Shown here in pieces: positions 51,501 to 64,000 of a stretch of 64,000 nucleotides of DNA. Origin of the DNA: Mizuhopecten yessoensis (lineage: Eukaryota); NCBI RefSeq assembly GCF_002113885.1, contig NW_018406026.1, forward strand, positions 11,859 through 75,858, in the 5' to 3' direction. The notes beneath the pieces are model-generated. The model saw only the letters and a program-made list of their open reading frames with translations, was not told the DNA's origin and did no database searches. Position 1 is the first letter of the stretch, and each line of letters starts with the position of its first letter. The translations under genes and the position numbers were made by a program.

Positions 51501-54500
51501 GATATTGATATAATATACTGTATATATGATATATCAATGTGCCAGTAAAACTAAAACCGTAAACCGTATTTGTGATTATAGTAATTAGCGAGATATTAGT
51601 CCATATATAAAATATAATTTCCTGTTTATCATGTCATTCACGAAATGATACCTGTTTATGATATGATCCACAATGTATTTTGACCTCGTTTTTTACAAGG
51701 TGACAACGGGTGTGAGGATAAACTGCATAACTGTGAGATCTATGGTACCGCCGCATGTCAATCCCCGTTCGTTCCCTGGGCTACCAAGAATTGTGCCAGG
51801 TATTGCGGTATATGTGGTAGGTTGATAAACATCTCACTGTTATTGTTGGCTTTTCTGGCGATCCTACATGTAGCTTGACATAAGTTCAAATCGGCTTATC
51901 ATGCGACTTAGAATTCCGTTTAAACTTTTATTCAAAATTCAAATTACGATATTTTACCTTAATGCGTCAAGAACATACTTACGTTGTAAGCGTTTTTCAC
52001 CCTGTTTCACATTTAAACATACAGATATATTTGACTGGAATAAGCATCAAAGCATAGGTATAACAGCATTTCGAGACTGACGGAAACAGTGTAAGGAGTT
52101 AAGCTAGAGTCGGGGCAGAAAGAATTTTGGATCACTTAATGATTAGTTAAGCCCTAGGGGACCCTGCCTGGGTCAGACACGTTAGAAAGCAGGAGAAACT
52201 ACAGTTCAGTGACTAGTCCATCTATACGTGGCCCGACTGGTAAGGTTATAATCTCTCACTTATCAATGTATATAAAATGAATTATGTCCTTCTTTACTCA
52301 AAAAAAAAAGTTTAAAAAAGGCAGGCGAATCGCAGCAACCTGTACTAAGGGGGGAAGGGACAACGGACAGTACCCCGAACACTATATAAAGCGTATTACC
52401 TATAGTTTACATGATCCAAAAGATCCATTTAGGAGGCGTCGACGCAAAGGCCACCGTCAAATTGATCAATATTTAGGCATAATTATTCAATTTTAATGCT
52501 CTTGATTTGTTTCATCCAAATATCAAAAACATCTTTATGTTGAGTTCTTGAAACATTCCTTTCACGTGAATCATGAAGAACAATGTGCATAAATTAAGTG
52601 TATAAAACAAACAGAGAAATATTGTGTCTACTTATTTTATTGTAAAAGATAACATGGATATATATTTTTACTTTGAACATAGGAACAATAAAGGTACCAA
52701 CCCATCCTCCACTAGCTCCCTCAATGGCTGGTTGCCATGACGAGATAACGGACTGTAGTTCCTATGGCCAGGATGCCTGCAAGCAATACGAAACCTGGGC
52801 CCGACAAAATTGTGCCTCATTTTGTGGATTTTGCAGTGAGAGTCTCCCCATCACAATTCGCATCACACAGGGACACTGACAAAGTCCTTTCTAAAGAGTT
52901 CAGTTATAAACTTAATTGCATAAAAATAATTACAATATAGGCAAGGAGTGATACACAGTCGTTGACCATTTTGAATTCTGATATTCTTTTTAACACAAAA
53001 CTATACAAAATTAATACATTGATCATATTTATTTAAAGTTATACTTGAACAAACGTTTTCATAATATGTTTAGAAAACTATTTTACAGAATTATTTTCAT
53101 TGGATTATTTAAAAAAAATGGCTATCCATAATTTATTCCAGGTACACTTAACCCACTTAGCCACTCAGCTGTGTGCTTAAAATCTCTAGTTTACTAGTAG
53201 TATACTGCTGGTATGGGACAGAGAATTGAGAAACTATATTTTATACGTTGATTAATTATTTTTATTATTTTTTGCTCTAGCGACAGCAAAACCTACCATA
53301 CCAGCGTATTTTTACACTGGGACCTTTCCACCAGGCTCCAACGGAACATTAAACAGGTAAGGGGCTCATACTGAGATAATCTTAAGTGAATATAGAATTA
53401 ACTGGACACCTGGTTCAACCAACCAATCATTTACTTGTTTAATTTGTCTAGTCAATAACCATGGAACTCCTTAATTGGACGGTAATATTTTCTGAAGAAA
53501 AATAAATAAAATACATTTTTAACTAATGTATCCAGATAAATAAAAACAACTGGAAGATGATGTTTCCAATCTAAACTAAAAAAAACAACTGTTAATTTAG
53601 ATTGGTAATCTCATTTTTTACTTTAAATTTCTCAGACATTTTTTTTATTAATATAGAATACATGATCATTGTCTTCAAACAATTCAGAACATTTCAGAAG
53701 GGGTAAGGAAAGACGATGGTACTACGTAGCTTTAGCGACTGATTAGCGTCTTTATATCTGTCGTACAGATATCTTGTATTTTATGAAACATACATGAAGA
53801 TATCAGTTTTCGTGATGTAGTGTTTAGTGAGATTTTCTGCTGCAGATTTGGAATGATGAAGAAACAAGCTTTAATTAAAGACCCGAATGGCTTTATTTTT
53901 CACTCTGTTGACTCAAGCAGAAAGGTATTGAGCCATGTACAAACTTCAAGATATCAAATAGAAGTAGAAAACAATATTCACATCATTTATGTTGCCTGGC
54001 TTTGTTATTTACGCGCTTGCATTATTGTTATAATATGTATTCGGTATGAAGGCGATGATAAGTTTATATCACGCCTGCCTTATCCTCTGCACTAAATGCT
54101 GGGCAGTAAATATGTTTGAAATCATGACAAGAAGCATATATTTAACCCACTTCAAAGGCATCTAAAGGGAGATAACCGCCCCTTCTTTAATGTCATATAT
54201 CATTTAGTGAATGTCCGTAACTTGTTTTTACTTTTTTATTGTTTCATTTTTTTTCATTTCTGCCAGATGTTTTTATAAAGGACAGTTTTATCAAACAAAC
54301 GACTCTTGGCAAGACGGTTGTGAGTTTAACTGTACCTGTACGGACGATACCAGAGGAAGATACATCTGTTCATCTTTGTAAGTACAGTTAGAAGTCAAGT
54401 AACATAATGCCTTATATGTTGGCAATATTCTTACTTTGACGACACACTTCCATGACGCAAAAGATTCTATACTTAAACTTCCTATGAAATTATTCGGTCC

Positions 54501-55402
54501 CTGTTCATATTAATCAAGACAGGTTCACTGCAAAACATTGTTAAGGCATAAGTGTTAGAAGTTAGTAACATTAATAATTAAAGTGACATTTTAAAACTAT
54601 ACATCCAACTAAATAAAAGGAATTTGAAGATTTTGTTTCGAATCTTAACGAAATATTATTATTCTTTGAATTTAGTTTGGTACACTTATTTTATACTTTA
54701 TAGTTCCTAGACAATACTTGTTCAATATAGAATACATGATCATTGTCTTGAAACACTTCAGTACAATTCAGCAAGGGTAAGGAAAGACGATCATAATAGT
54801 TTTAGCTAATGCTCAGCGTCTTTATATCTGTCCAACTGATATCTTGTATTTTATGAAACATATATGTATTCTGTATATTATGCAAACCTTCCAATATATA
54901 ATTCATTCGTGCATATTCACATGAGATATAGGTATTTCTCGTGTTAAAATATAACATCAAATGTGACGCAAAGTTAACGTGACAACAGTGAAGTAATAGA
55001 TTTACTGCTCAGATTCACACTGTTAACATATTCAGCTATCAATGTTTTTTTCAAACTCCGTTCCCGTTTGTTAAACTCCACAAGCCGTGCCTGTCTGTTT
55101 ACCGTATGCTACAATTGTAATCTAAATAGTAACACCCCAAATAGGAATGTCGCTTGTTTTCTAATGTATGGTAAGCAGAAAATAGTATTTTCTCGTATTG
55201 GGTTGTGGTGTCAGTCAAACATTTTATCTAAGTCTCCATTTTCAAAAAGAATTTTCCCTCTGTTTACTTCAGATGCTACACGTGGACACTACCTAGTGTC
55301 TGCCATTTAGAAACTCCACTCGGGAAGTGCTGTGCCAAACCAGTTTGTTCTGCGAATTTCCAAATACATTATCCGCCTGGCTACGTAGATCACGACGTCT
55401 GA
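48504..55402 (+). CDS. Secreted protein: signal peptide + 3 ShKT domains + Pro/Thr linker + VWC domain (259 aa), copy A
   Basis: Seven phase-consistent GT-AG exons: 48504-48555 (MTISPAFVFFLVFAVYQ), 49929-50069 (CGDVHPDC..VC..WARINCAKFCSFC), 51700-51816 (CEDKLHNC..WATKNCARYCGIC), 52683-52835 (CHDEITDC..WARQNCASFCGFC), 53281-53356, 54267-54377 (CFYKGQFY..WQDGCEFNCTC..YIC), 55273-55402 (C..GKCCAKPVC..YPPGY..stop). Total 780 nt. Confidence 0.88.
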
Positions 55403-55413
55403 GACGATGTANT

Positions 55414-55684
55414 AGCCTGACGATAACGGCCACCTCACTAATACACTCTGTTACCTACAGCATGACGATAACGACCACCTCACTAATACACTCTGTTACC
55501 TACAGCATGACGATATCGGCCACCTCACTAATACACTCTGTTACCTACAGCATGACGATAACGACCACCTCACTAGTACACTCTGTTACCTACAGCATGA
55601 CGATAACGGCCACCTCACTAGTACACTCTGTTACCTACAGCATGACGATAACGGCCACCTCACTAATACACTCTGTTACCTACA
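55414..55684. repeat. 45-bp tandem repeat x6 immediately after the copy A stop codon
   Basis: GCATGACGATAACG(A/G)CCACCTCACTAATACACTCTGTTACCTACA repeated; preceded by a single N at 55412. Confidence 0.93.
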
Positions 55685-55839
55685 CTTTTCTGATATGGGT
55701 AACTTAACTCTGTAACATATAATAACTTGTCCCATTCATCATAGATTCATTACTATTTTCGTTCAAAGTACACTTTAAACCAAAAATGTTGTATTTTGTA
55801 TGTTTGAGTAATTACTTCATTCAACTAAGCGAAAAAATT

Positions 55840-56950
55840 AATGACCATTTAGGACATTAAACGAATTCCTGATAAACACATTATTTCACAAGCTTTAAAA
55901 CAATTTTTTCCAGTCTGAAACAAAAAATATTGAAGCATTCAGGCTTATGACCTATTTATTGAAAGTTACCTCGTTTATCGTGTATTTCTCTATTTCCCAT
56001 CGACATCATAACGGGAAGCAGAAATTGTTTCTATCAAGAAAGGGAAAGTTCAAATTGGATAATCGTATAGCTACGTTGGTGAGTTACTTTAATTCCTCTC
56101 AAGATATTAGATGAATTGACGGATGTTTTAGAGCATACTATTATCTGTAGCGTGTATTGACATAGACTTTTTAAAACCTCTGATACCATTCCCCATAGAA
56201 GAGAATCAAGTTAAATATTATCTAATAGGCTAAGAGAGCATATTATTAACTGGAATAATAGAATCTATCACTCCTGTGTGATATAGACAGAGATATCTNA
56301 ACCTTCATGCCAGACAGAGAACAAAAGGCATCTCTGAAAAACACCACTCAAATATAATATTACTAAAATAATGACGCGCTAGAAGAGGTATGCCATGTGA
56401 GTGATCTCTGGGAGATAATGTAGACCAAGCAATAATGATCCCTTGCAGATAATGTAGACCACGCACTAATGACACCTGGGAGATAATGTAGACCACGCAC
56501 TAATATTGTATGATTGATTAGTACGGTTGTTGAAAAGACAAATTCAATGTTCGCTGTCATTCAATGAAATTTTCATACACGAATAAACACACTTTCCCGC
56601 CAAAAAGGAATAATTGTCAGAGTTCATTGAGAATATGCAAACATGGTGTGGTACCCATATAAGGCTAAACGCAAAGATATGTTGGAGCTTGTCCAGAGAA
56701 GGGATTTAGAGATCTGTCATATCTGGAGCGGTTTAAAAGAATATAGTTTCCTACTAAACGCTTCAGACCTACACCAGGTGCTGTGATTGAAGAAAACAAG
56801 ATAACGAGTGGTGTCTTTGATCGAAATGCATCAGATTTCATGCAGCAGGACTGTTCCGAAAGACATGGCACCGGGCGCAATAAAATTATCCACACAATCC
56901 ATCGAAATGAGAAAAACACTGCTTTCCTTTACATACGATCTATACTAAAA
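55840..56950 (+). mobile_element. CR1-type LINE ORF2 relic (copy B, longer), containing three units of the 34-bp satellite
   Basis: Same 3' motifs as copy A. Upstream degenerate motifs occur in the expected order: RKQ.V.ING..S.W-like (56012-56068) and LEEV...DLG..VD..L-like (56378-56432). Confidence 0.6.
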
Positions 56951-57568
56951 CAATATCAATTCTTTAAACTAGTCAGATCAAAATGAAAACCTATCCAAAA
57001 CTATCAAATAAAAAAATGGTAAAACACCTAGAAATTATTCAGAACAATAAAGTATTAAAACTCAAAACTTAACAGACAATAATTATTTTAAAATTCAAGA
57101 CTAGTCAAATTGATGTAATAACAAATCTCTAACCGAGTCAGATAAAAATCAAGGGATAAGATAACAATGTGGTATCTGCCAGAGACATCTGCTTATCTTA
57201 TCTCAAGTTGTAACTACAAGATATCGGTCATTTGGACGGCGTGACCGTAGTCCTGTTTCTGAACTACGTCAGAAAGATATACTGTCAGTAAGTACATTCT
57301 GTGTTGAGCACTTAAAAAAGACAGAACCAAAGTCAGAAAGAAATTGCTTACATAGGCCAGCAGTTTTCCTACTTGCTGCAGTTGTGGGTCTGGTATATTT
57401 TTTGGTGCGTAATGCATTCAATTCATTTCGATCAAGCTTGTTTGAAAACGTTGTAGTAATCTACATATTGATATAGTATTGTTTTTGTCATTTACATTAG
57501 CAGGTTCAGAGTAATACACTTTATGATCGAAACTGGTGTTTTATTACTAATTCTTGTCGTTTTCAGAT

Positions 57569-60500
57569 ATGACAATTTCCCCAGCATTCGTATTCTTTTT
57601 GGTGTTTGCTGTTTACCAAGGTATATTGATTTTTCCAGATTTCCCGCATAACTATTATTACGACAAGTGTGACGTCAAGGCGTGTGCATTTTACAAATAT
57701 ATCAACTAATAGTAAGACTTTAAATGAATTTTATTTGGTTGTGAACTATTTTGTAGTATATTTTGTGAACAACAATGATTGTGTGATGATGATAGACCTT
57801 CGGTTGATAATGTCGTTGTTGCCTCTGATTGCACGTTTTTATCAATAGCCTATTAGCATATCCATGGAAACTAACTGTGTTACTCTCTTAACCGATTTAA
57901 AATATATCAATGATTTGTGGTCTTTAAATAACGTTATTGACTACGTCAATCGTACATTTGAAATTGAAATCCAGGACATTTCCTTGAATGTAACACCTGC
58001 TTACAATGTTAATATGTCGAAGAAAATTTGATATTTACTGGCTTGCTCCAAATATCGCGGTTCCCGTGTTAGGTGTCAATGCAGATTGACAATTTTACAA
58101 CACGTGGTTTCGGGAGATGCCGGTTGATGAAGACTATGGGCAGATTATAAGGTCACCAACATAAGCTTATTGCGAAATACGTATTCATTTAAATGATAGG
58201 TATACCGATGCTTTATTGTGTTCATCTGTTGGTTTGTGTTTTGAGTTGTCCCTACTCCTGTTCTGTCGCTGGGAGCATGACATTGCTTGAAGTTGACAAA
58301 GATTTAGGCTGGTGTTGTCCATGAAACGAAAGACGCTTACCCCTCCGGAACACTCAAGTCTTACCATCATGTGACTTATTTATTTTGGCTATATTTAAAA
58401 CTTGTTTCATTGGTTGTTATTTCGACTAACGGTTTAGTTCACGCTGAGATAGTCTCCTATTTTCTTTCATCAACATAGTTCAGATAATTTTGGATGGAGA
58501 AATAGGTTTACCTCGTTATTTAGGGATTGTGAACCCCATATTTCGTTCAAAAGTTATCTTTCTGAAAAATCAAAACCCTTTGTTTATTCACTTTTAAGTT
58601 ATCTGAAAATGGCATAACTAGGCCTCATTTATCATTTTGCAGTTGATTTTTCTGCTCTAATTTTAGTTCAAATACAGAAATATATATTTTCGCCGAAGTG
58701 AAATATAACAGCCATTCTAAAGTCTTCTAATTCTCTTAGTTGCAGTGCTGATTTGTTCCCTGGAAATTAAACCTGTTATATTTGTCGATTTCAGTGCCGA
58801 TTTTTAATCTGTATTATATTTATACATTTCATTTTTGAGGAAGAAACAACAAATGTTTAACAATGTTCTACATTGTCTGTTTATGTACCAGCATCGGGTG
58901 AGGTAAATACTACAGTAGCCACATGTGGTGACGTTCTTCCCAACTGTCAGTCTTATGGTAAGGTCGTGTGCGATCACCCTTATCAAAGTTGGGCCAGAAA
59001 AAATTGCGCCAAGTTCTGTAGTTTCTGTGGTAAGTAAAAACTATATTACGAACTATACAGCTTATAATAATGATGATCTTTCTCTAATTTCTACCCAATG
59101 TCTCACTCTGACTAGACCAGTGTTCAAAATTGGTCTCTCGAACAATTTCTAACAAAATATTGGCCTGTCAGGACCGTTTTTTCCATGTGCTAACAGGGTC
59201 TAGTACATGACGAATCAATCTGTACCCAGAGTTGCCGTTCCTTACACTCGGTAACAGTAAAGAATGACAACTCTGGGAAAAGATTGATGACGAACAAGAT
59301 TTTTTTTACGACATAAATAATTGTTAAATCGCAGTTGCACGATTTTTCCTTAACGCAAGGATTTGTTTTTAAAGTAACTGTGTCACAATCTGTTGTAAAA
59401 ACTGTGGTAAAAAGATTTTATAAATAGCTTAAGTATTTTGGTATGAAAAGATTAAAACATCGAATTACTTAACTCTTTATCAAGCATAAGCGTGCGAAGC
59501 CTTTTTCTAATTTTTACTTTTCTCACCAGGCGCAGGTTTTAAGCAATGTTAACGTTATAAAGATGCATAAGCGAATTTACGAAATGTCACGAAAGTAGAA
59601 CCCAAATATCGAATGGCGACTATGTCAAAATAAACATGTCTTCATCTTCATTAATAATGACCCATTACGTCTCTTGGTATGCTGAACGACTTACTAGTTC
59701 ACTCATGAAGAAGTATTAGCAAAAAATGCATGATCATTATAGCAGAGGAATCGTGCCGAAATTTGACATGAAATATTATCCTTTTGAAGAGAGCCCATTG
59801 GGACATGCGTGACATTATTTAAATCATCGAATTCTTAGCGGCACGTAGGAAAATTGAATTAAATTCGTTTTTTCTAGTTTCTTTTATCTCTATGACATGT
59901 TTAACGTCATAAATGTGATTTTAAGCAAAATTATTAACTTTTCCTATGAATGGAAAATAAGAAATGCCAGTTTGCCCTGCTGATAAGAAAGAGCTAAGGC
60001 TAGCGACACGGTATAATTTAACTGAAGATTAGTCATAGGAAAGCATTACTGGCGTGAAAAGAAAAACAATCGTATATTTAAGGTTTCTCTTAACTCCGAT
60101 GAAAAAAGTTAAACTACATTCGTGAAACTATGGCAAGGGTTCAAAGGTGAATCCCTTAGTAGACAATACACACACACATATGTTGCTCATGCAATTTCAT
60201 ACACGACATGTATACCTTCTAAAATTCTTATAACAAAGCCGCTGTCGTATTCTGATGGAGACATTTGAACAGAAAGAACTTTATTTTTTAAATTATAGAT
60301 AGTTAACAATAAAATAATTACAATTCTTCTATAATTGTTGCGAAATAATTAATTGTTTACAATATTCATAATAATACTTTTGCATATAGTTGTATATAAT
60401 TGCCTTCCGTTTCATATATATTTCAACAATGTATCCATTGAAAGTGATATTGTTATAATATATATATGATATATCAATGTGCCAGTAAGACTAAAACCGT

Positions 60501-63282
60501 AAACCGTATTTGTGATTATAGTAATTAGCGAGATTTTAGTCCATATATAAAATATAGTTTCCTGTTTATCATGTCATTCACGAAATGATGCCTGTTTATG
60601 ATCTGATCCACAATGTATCGTGACGTCGTTTTTTTCCTTTTGACAAGGTGACAACGCGTGCAAGGATATACTGCATAACTGTGAGACCTATGGTACCGCC
60701 GCATGTAAATCCCCGTACGTTACCTGGGCTACCAAGAATTGTGCCAGGTATTGCGGTATATGTGGTAGGTTGATAAACATCTCCCTGTTATTGTTGGCTT
60801 TTCTGGCGATCCTACATGTAGCTTGACATAGTGCAAATCGGCTTATCATGCGACTTAGAATAAACTATTATTCAAAATTAAAATTACCAATATTTTACTT
60901 TAATGCGTCAAGAACATACTTACGTTGCAAGAGTTATTCACCCTGTTTCACATTTAAACATACAGATATATTGGACTGGAATAAGCATCAAAGCATAGGT
61001 ATAACAGCATTCCGAGACTTAATGAGTTAAGCTAGAGTCGGGGCAGCAAGAAATTTGGATCACTTAATGATTAGTTAAGCCCTAGGGGACCCTGCCTGGT
61101 TCAGACACGTTAGAAAGCAGGAGAAACTACAGTTCAGTGACTAGTCCATCTATACGTGGCCCGAGGAGTAATGTCATACTCTCAACTTATCAATGTATTT
61201 AAAATGAATTATGTCCTTCTTTACTCAAAGAAGTCAAAAAAGGCAGCCGCATCGCAGCCACTTTTACTGAAGGGGAGATGGGACAATGGACAGTACCGAA
61301 CACTATAAGATCCAAATATATCGACGCGTAGGCCACCGTCAAACTGATACATTTTTTGGCACACTTATATGCTTAACCAGTAAAAAGTTTCCATTAAAAG
61401 TAAATATTCGTTTGTGATAAGAAAAAAATGAAAATTATTGACTGAATTATAACTAAATATAGGGGAACAAAACATTGCTTATTCAATCTTAATGCTCTTG
61501 ATTTGTTTCACCCAAATATCAAAAACATCTTTATGTTGTGAGTTCTTGAAAACATTCCTTTCACGTGAATCATGAAGAAAAGAAACAGAGAAACGCTGTG
61601 TCTATTTATTTTATTGTAAAAGATTACATGGATATATTTTTACTTTGAACATAGGAACAATAAAGGTACCAACCCATCCTCCATTAGCTCCCTCAACGGC
61701 TGGTTGTCATGACGAGGTAACGGACTGTAGTTCCTATGGCCCGGATGCTTGCAAGCAATACGAAACCTGGGCCCGACAAAATTGTGCCTCATTTTGTGGA
61801 TTTTGCAGTGAGAGTCTCCCTATCACAATTCACATCACACAGGGACACTGACAAAGTCCTTTCTAAAGAGTTCTGTTATAAACTTAATTGCATAAAAATA
61901 CTTAGAATATAGGCAAGGAGTGATACACAGTCGTTTATCATTTGGAATTCTGATACGCTGTTTAACACAAAACTATACAAAATTAATACATTTATCATAT
62001 TTATTAAAAGATATACTTGACCAAACGTTTTCATGATATGTTTTAGAAAACTAATTTACATAATTATTTTCATTGGATTATTTCGAAAAATGGCTACCGT
62101 AATGTATTCCAGATACACTAAACCCTATTGATGTTGCCACTCAGCTATGTGCTTAAAATCTCTAGTTTACTAGTAGTATACTGCTGGTATCGGACAGAGA
62201 ATTGAGAAACTATATTGTACAGTATACTTTGATTAACTATTTTTATTATCTTTTCTCTAGCAACAACAAAACCTACCATACCAGCGTATTTTTACACTGG
62301 GACCTTTCCACCAGGCTCCAACGGAACATTAAACAGGTAAGGGGCTCATACTGAGATAATCTTAAGTGAATATAGAATTAACTGGACACCTGGTTCAACC
62401 AACCAATCATTTACTTGTTTCATATGTCTTTTCTTTTTGAACTCCTTAATTGGACGGTAATATTTTCTGAAGAAAACTAAATAAAATACATTTTTAACTA
62501 ATGTATCCAGATAAATAAAGAATTGGAAGATGATGTTTCCAATCTTAACTAAAAAAATATTTTTATTCAGTTAATTTAGATTGGTAAACCCATTTTTTAC
62601 TTTAAATTTCTCAGACATTTTTTTTTTATCAATATAGAAAACGTGATCATTGTCTTGAAACAATTCAGTACATTTCAGCAAGGGTAAGGAAAGACGATGA
62701 TACTACGTAGCTTTAGCGACTGATTAGCGTCTTTATATCTGTCGTACAGATATCTAGTATTTCATGAAACATACATGAAGATATCAGTTTTCGTGATGTA
62801 GTGTTTAGTGACATTTTCTGCAGAAAATTTGGGATGATGAAGACACAAGCTCTAATTAAAGACCCGAAAGGCTTTATTTTTCACTCTGTTGACTCAAACC
62901 GAAAAGTATTGAGCCATGTACAAACTGCAAGATATCAGATATAAGCATAAAACAATATTCACACCATTTATATCACGTCTGCCTTATCCTCTGCACTTAA
63001 TGCTGGGCAGTACATATGTTTGAAATGACCAGAAGCTACATTTAACCCACTTCAAATGCATCTAAAGGGAGATAACCGCTCCTTCTTTAGTGTCATATAT
63101 CAGTTAGTGTATGTCCTTAACTTGTTTTTACTTTTTAATTGTTTCATTTTTTTTTGTATCATTTCTGCCAGATGTTTTTATAAAGGACAGTTTTATCAAA
63201 CAAACGACTCTTGGCAAGACGGTTGTGAGTTTAACTGTACCTGTACGGACGATACCAGAGGAAGATATATGTGTTCAACTTT
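57569..63282 (+). CDS. Secreted 3xShKT + VWC protein, copy B (last exon beyond window)
   Basis: Exons 57569-57620, 58892-59029, 60648-60764, 61655-61807, 62261-62336 and 63172-63282. All splice sites, phases and cysteines are intact. Confidence 0.87.
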
Positions 63283-64000
63283 GTAAGTACAGATAGCAGT
63301 CAAGTAACATAATGCCTTATATGTTGGCAATATTCTTACTTTGACGACAAACTTCCATGACGCAAAAGATTATATACTTAAACTTCCTATGAAATTATTC
63401 GGTCCCTGTTCATATTAATCAAGACAGGTTCACTGCAAAAGATTGTTAAGGCATAAGTGTTAGAAGTTAGTAACATTAATAATTAAAGTGACATTTTAAA
63501 ACTATACATCCAACTAAATAAAAGGAATTTGAAGATTTTGTTTCGAATCTTAACGAAATATTATTATTCTTTGAATTTAGTTTGGTACACTTATTTTATA
63601 CTTTATAGTTCCTAGACAATACTTGTTCAATATAGAATACATGATCATTGTCTTGAAACACTTCAGTACAATTCAGCAAGGGTAAGGAAAGACGATCATA
63701 ATAGTTTTAGCTAATGCTCAGCGTCTTTATATCTGTCCAACTGATATCTTGTATTTTATGAAACATATATGTATTCTGTATATTATGCAAACCTTCCAAT
63801 ATATAATTCATTCGTGCATATTCACATGAGATATAGGTATTTCTCGTGTTAAAATATAACATCAAATGTGACGCAAAGTTAACGTGACAACAGTGAAGTA
63901 ATAGATTTACTGCTCAGATTCACACTGTAAACATATTCAGCTATCAAGGGTTTTTTTCAAACTCCGTTCCCTTTTGAAGATGCGTGGCTGTTAAACTCCA

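Larger units (their letters stand above)
45378..55082 (+). repeat. Tandem segmental duplication, copy A
   Basis: Colinear with 55727-64000 from cttgtcccattca... to ...tgttaaactcca. Roughly 90% identity by eye, with indels. Confidence 0.93.
55727..64000 (+). repeat. Tandem segmental duplication, copy B (open at window end)
   Basis: Paralogous ORF pairs in the track, e.g. 47727/56783, 49154/58185 and 52673/61645. Confidence 0.93.

Noticed and set aside
52108-52239. Small element with short inverted ends (AGTCGGG...CCCGACT)
   Set aside because: The inverted match is only 7 bp, not conserved in copy B, and lacks a clear TSD.

Overview
This is AT-rich eukaryotic genomic DNA, not prokaryotic: it has spliceosomal introns, SINE/LINE/Penelope relics and satellites. 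Repeat and gene-family content suggests a mollusc, probably a bivalve (inference). About a quarter of the window is tandem repeats with 23-87 bp units. I reconstructed five genes by hand from splice sites and phase matching: (1) the first coding exon of a receptor guanylyl cyclase/natriuretic-peptide-receptor-like gene (minus); (2) a two-exon, 541-aa divergent Ro60/TROVE-family protein whose vWA MIDAS motif and several cavity motifs are lost (minus); (3) an about 8-exon, about 366-aa type I membrane protein with a mucin-like stalk and a GC-AG intron (plus); (4, 5) two tandem copies of a secreted protein with signal peptide, 3 ShKT domains and a VWC domain, inside a 9-10 kb duplication, with replacements concentrated in ShKT domains 1-2. 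Mobile elements include a solo LTR with TSD, a PIF/Harbinger-like MITE, a tRNA/V-type SINE, Penelope-like fragments, CR1 and I-clade LINE relics, and a possible KDZ transposase relic. A 34-bp satellite appears to have arisen from a CR1 RT coding motif and expanded in only one duplicate. Most short ORFs in the supplied track are artefacts of repeats or AT-rich DNA. All family assignments come from remembered motifs; no searches were run.
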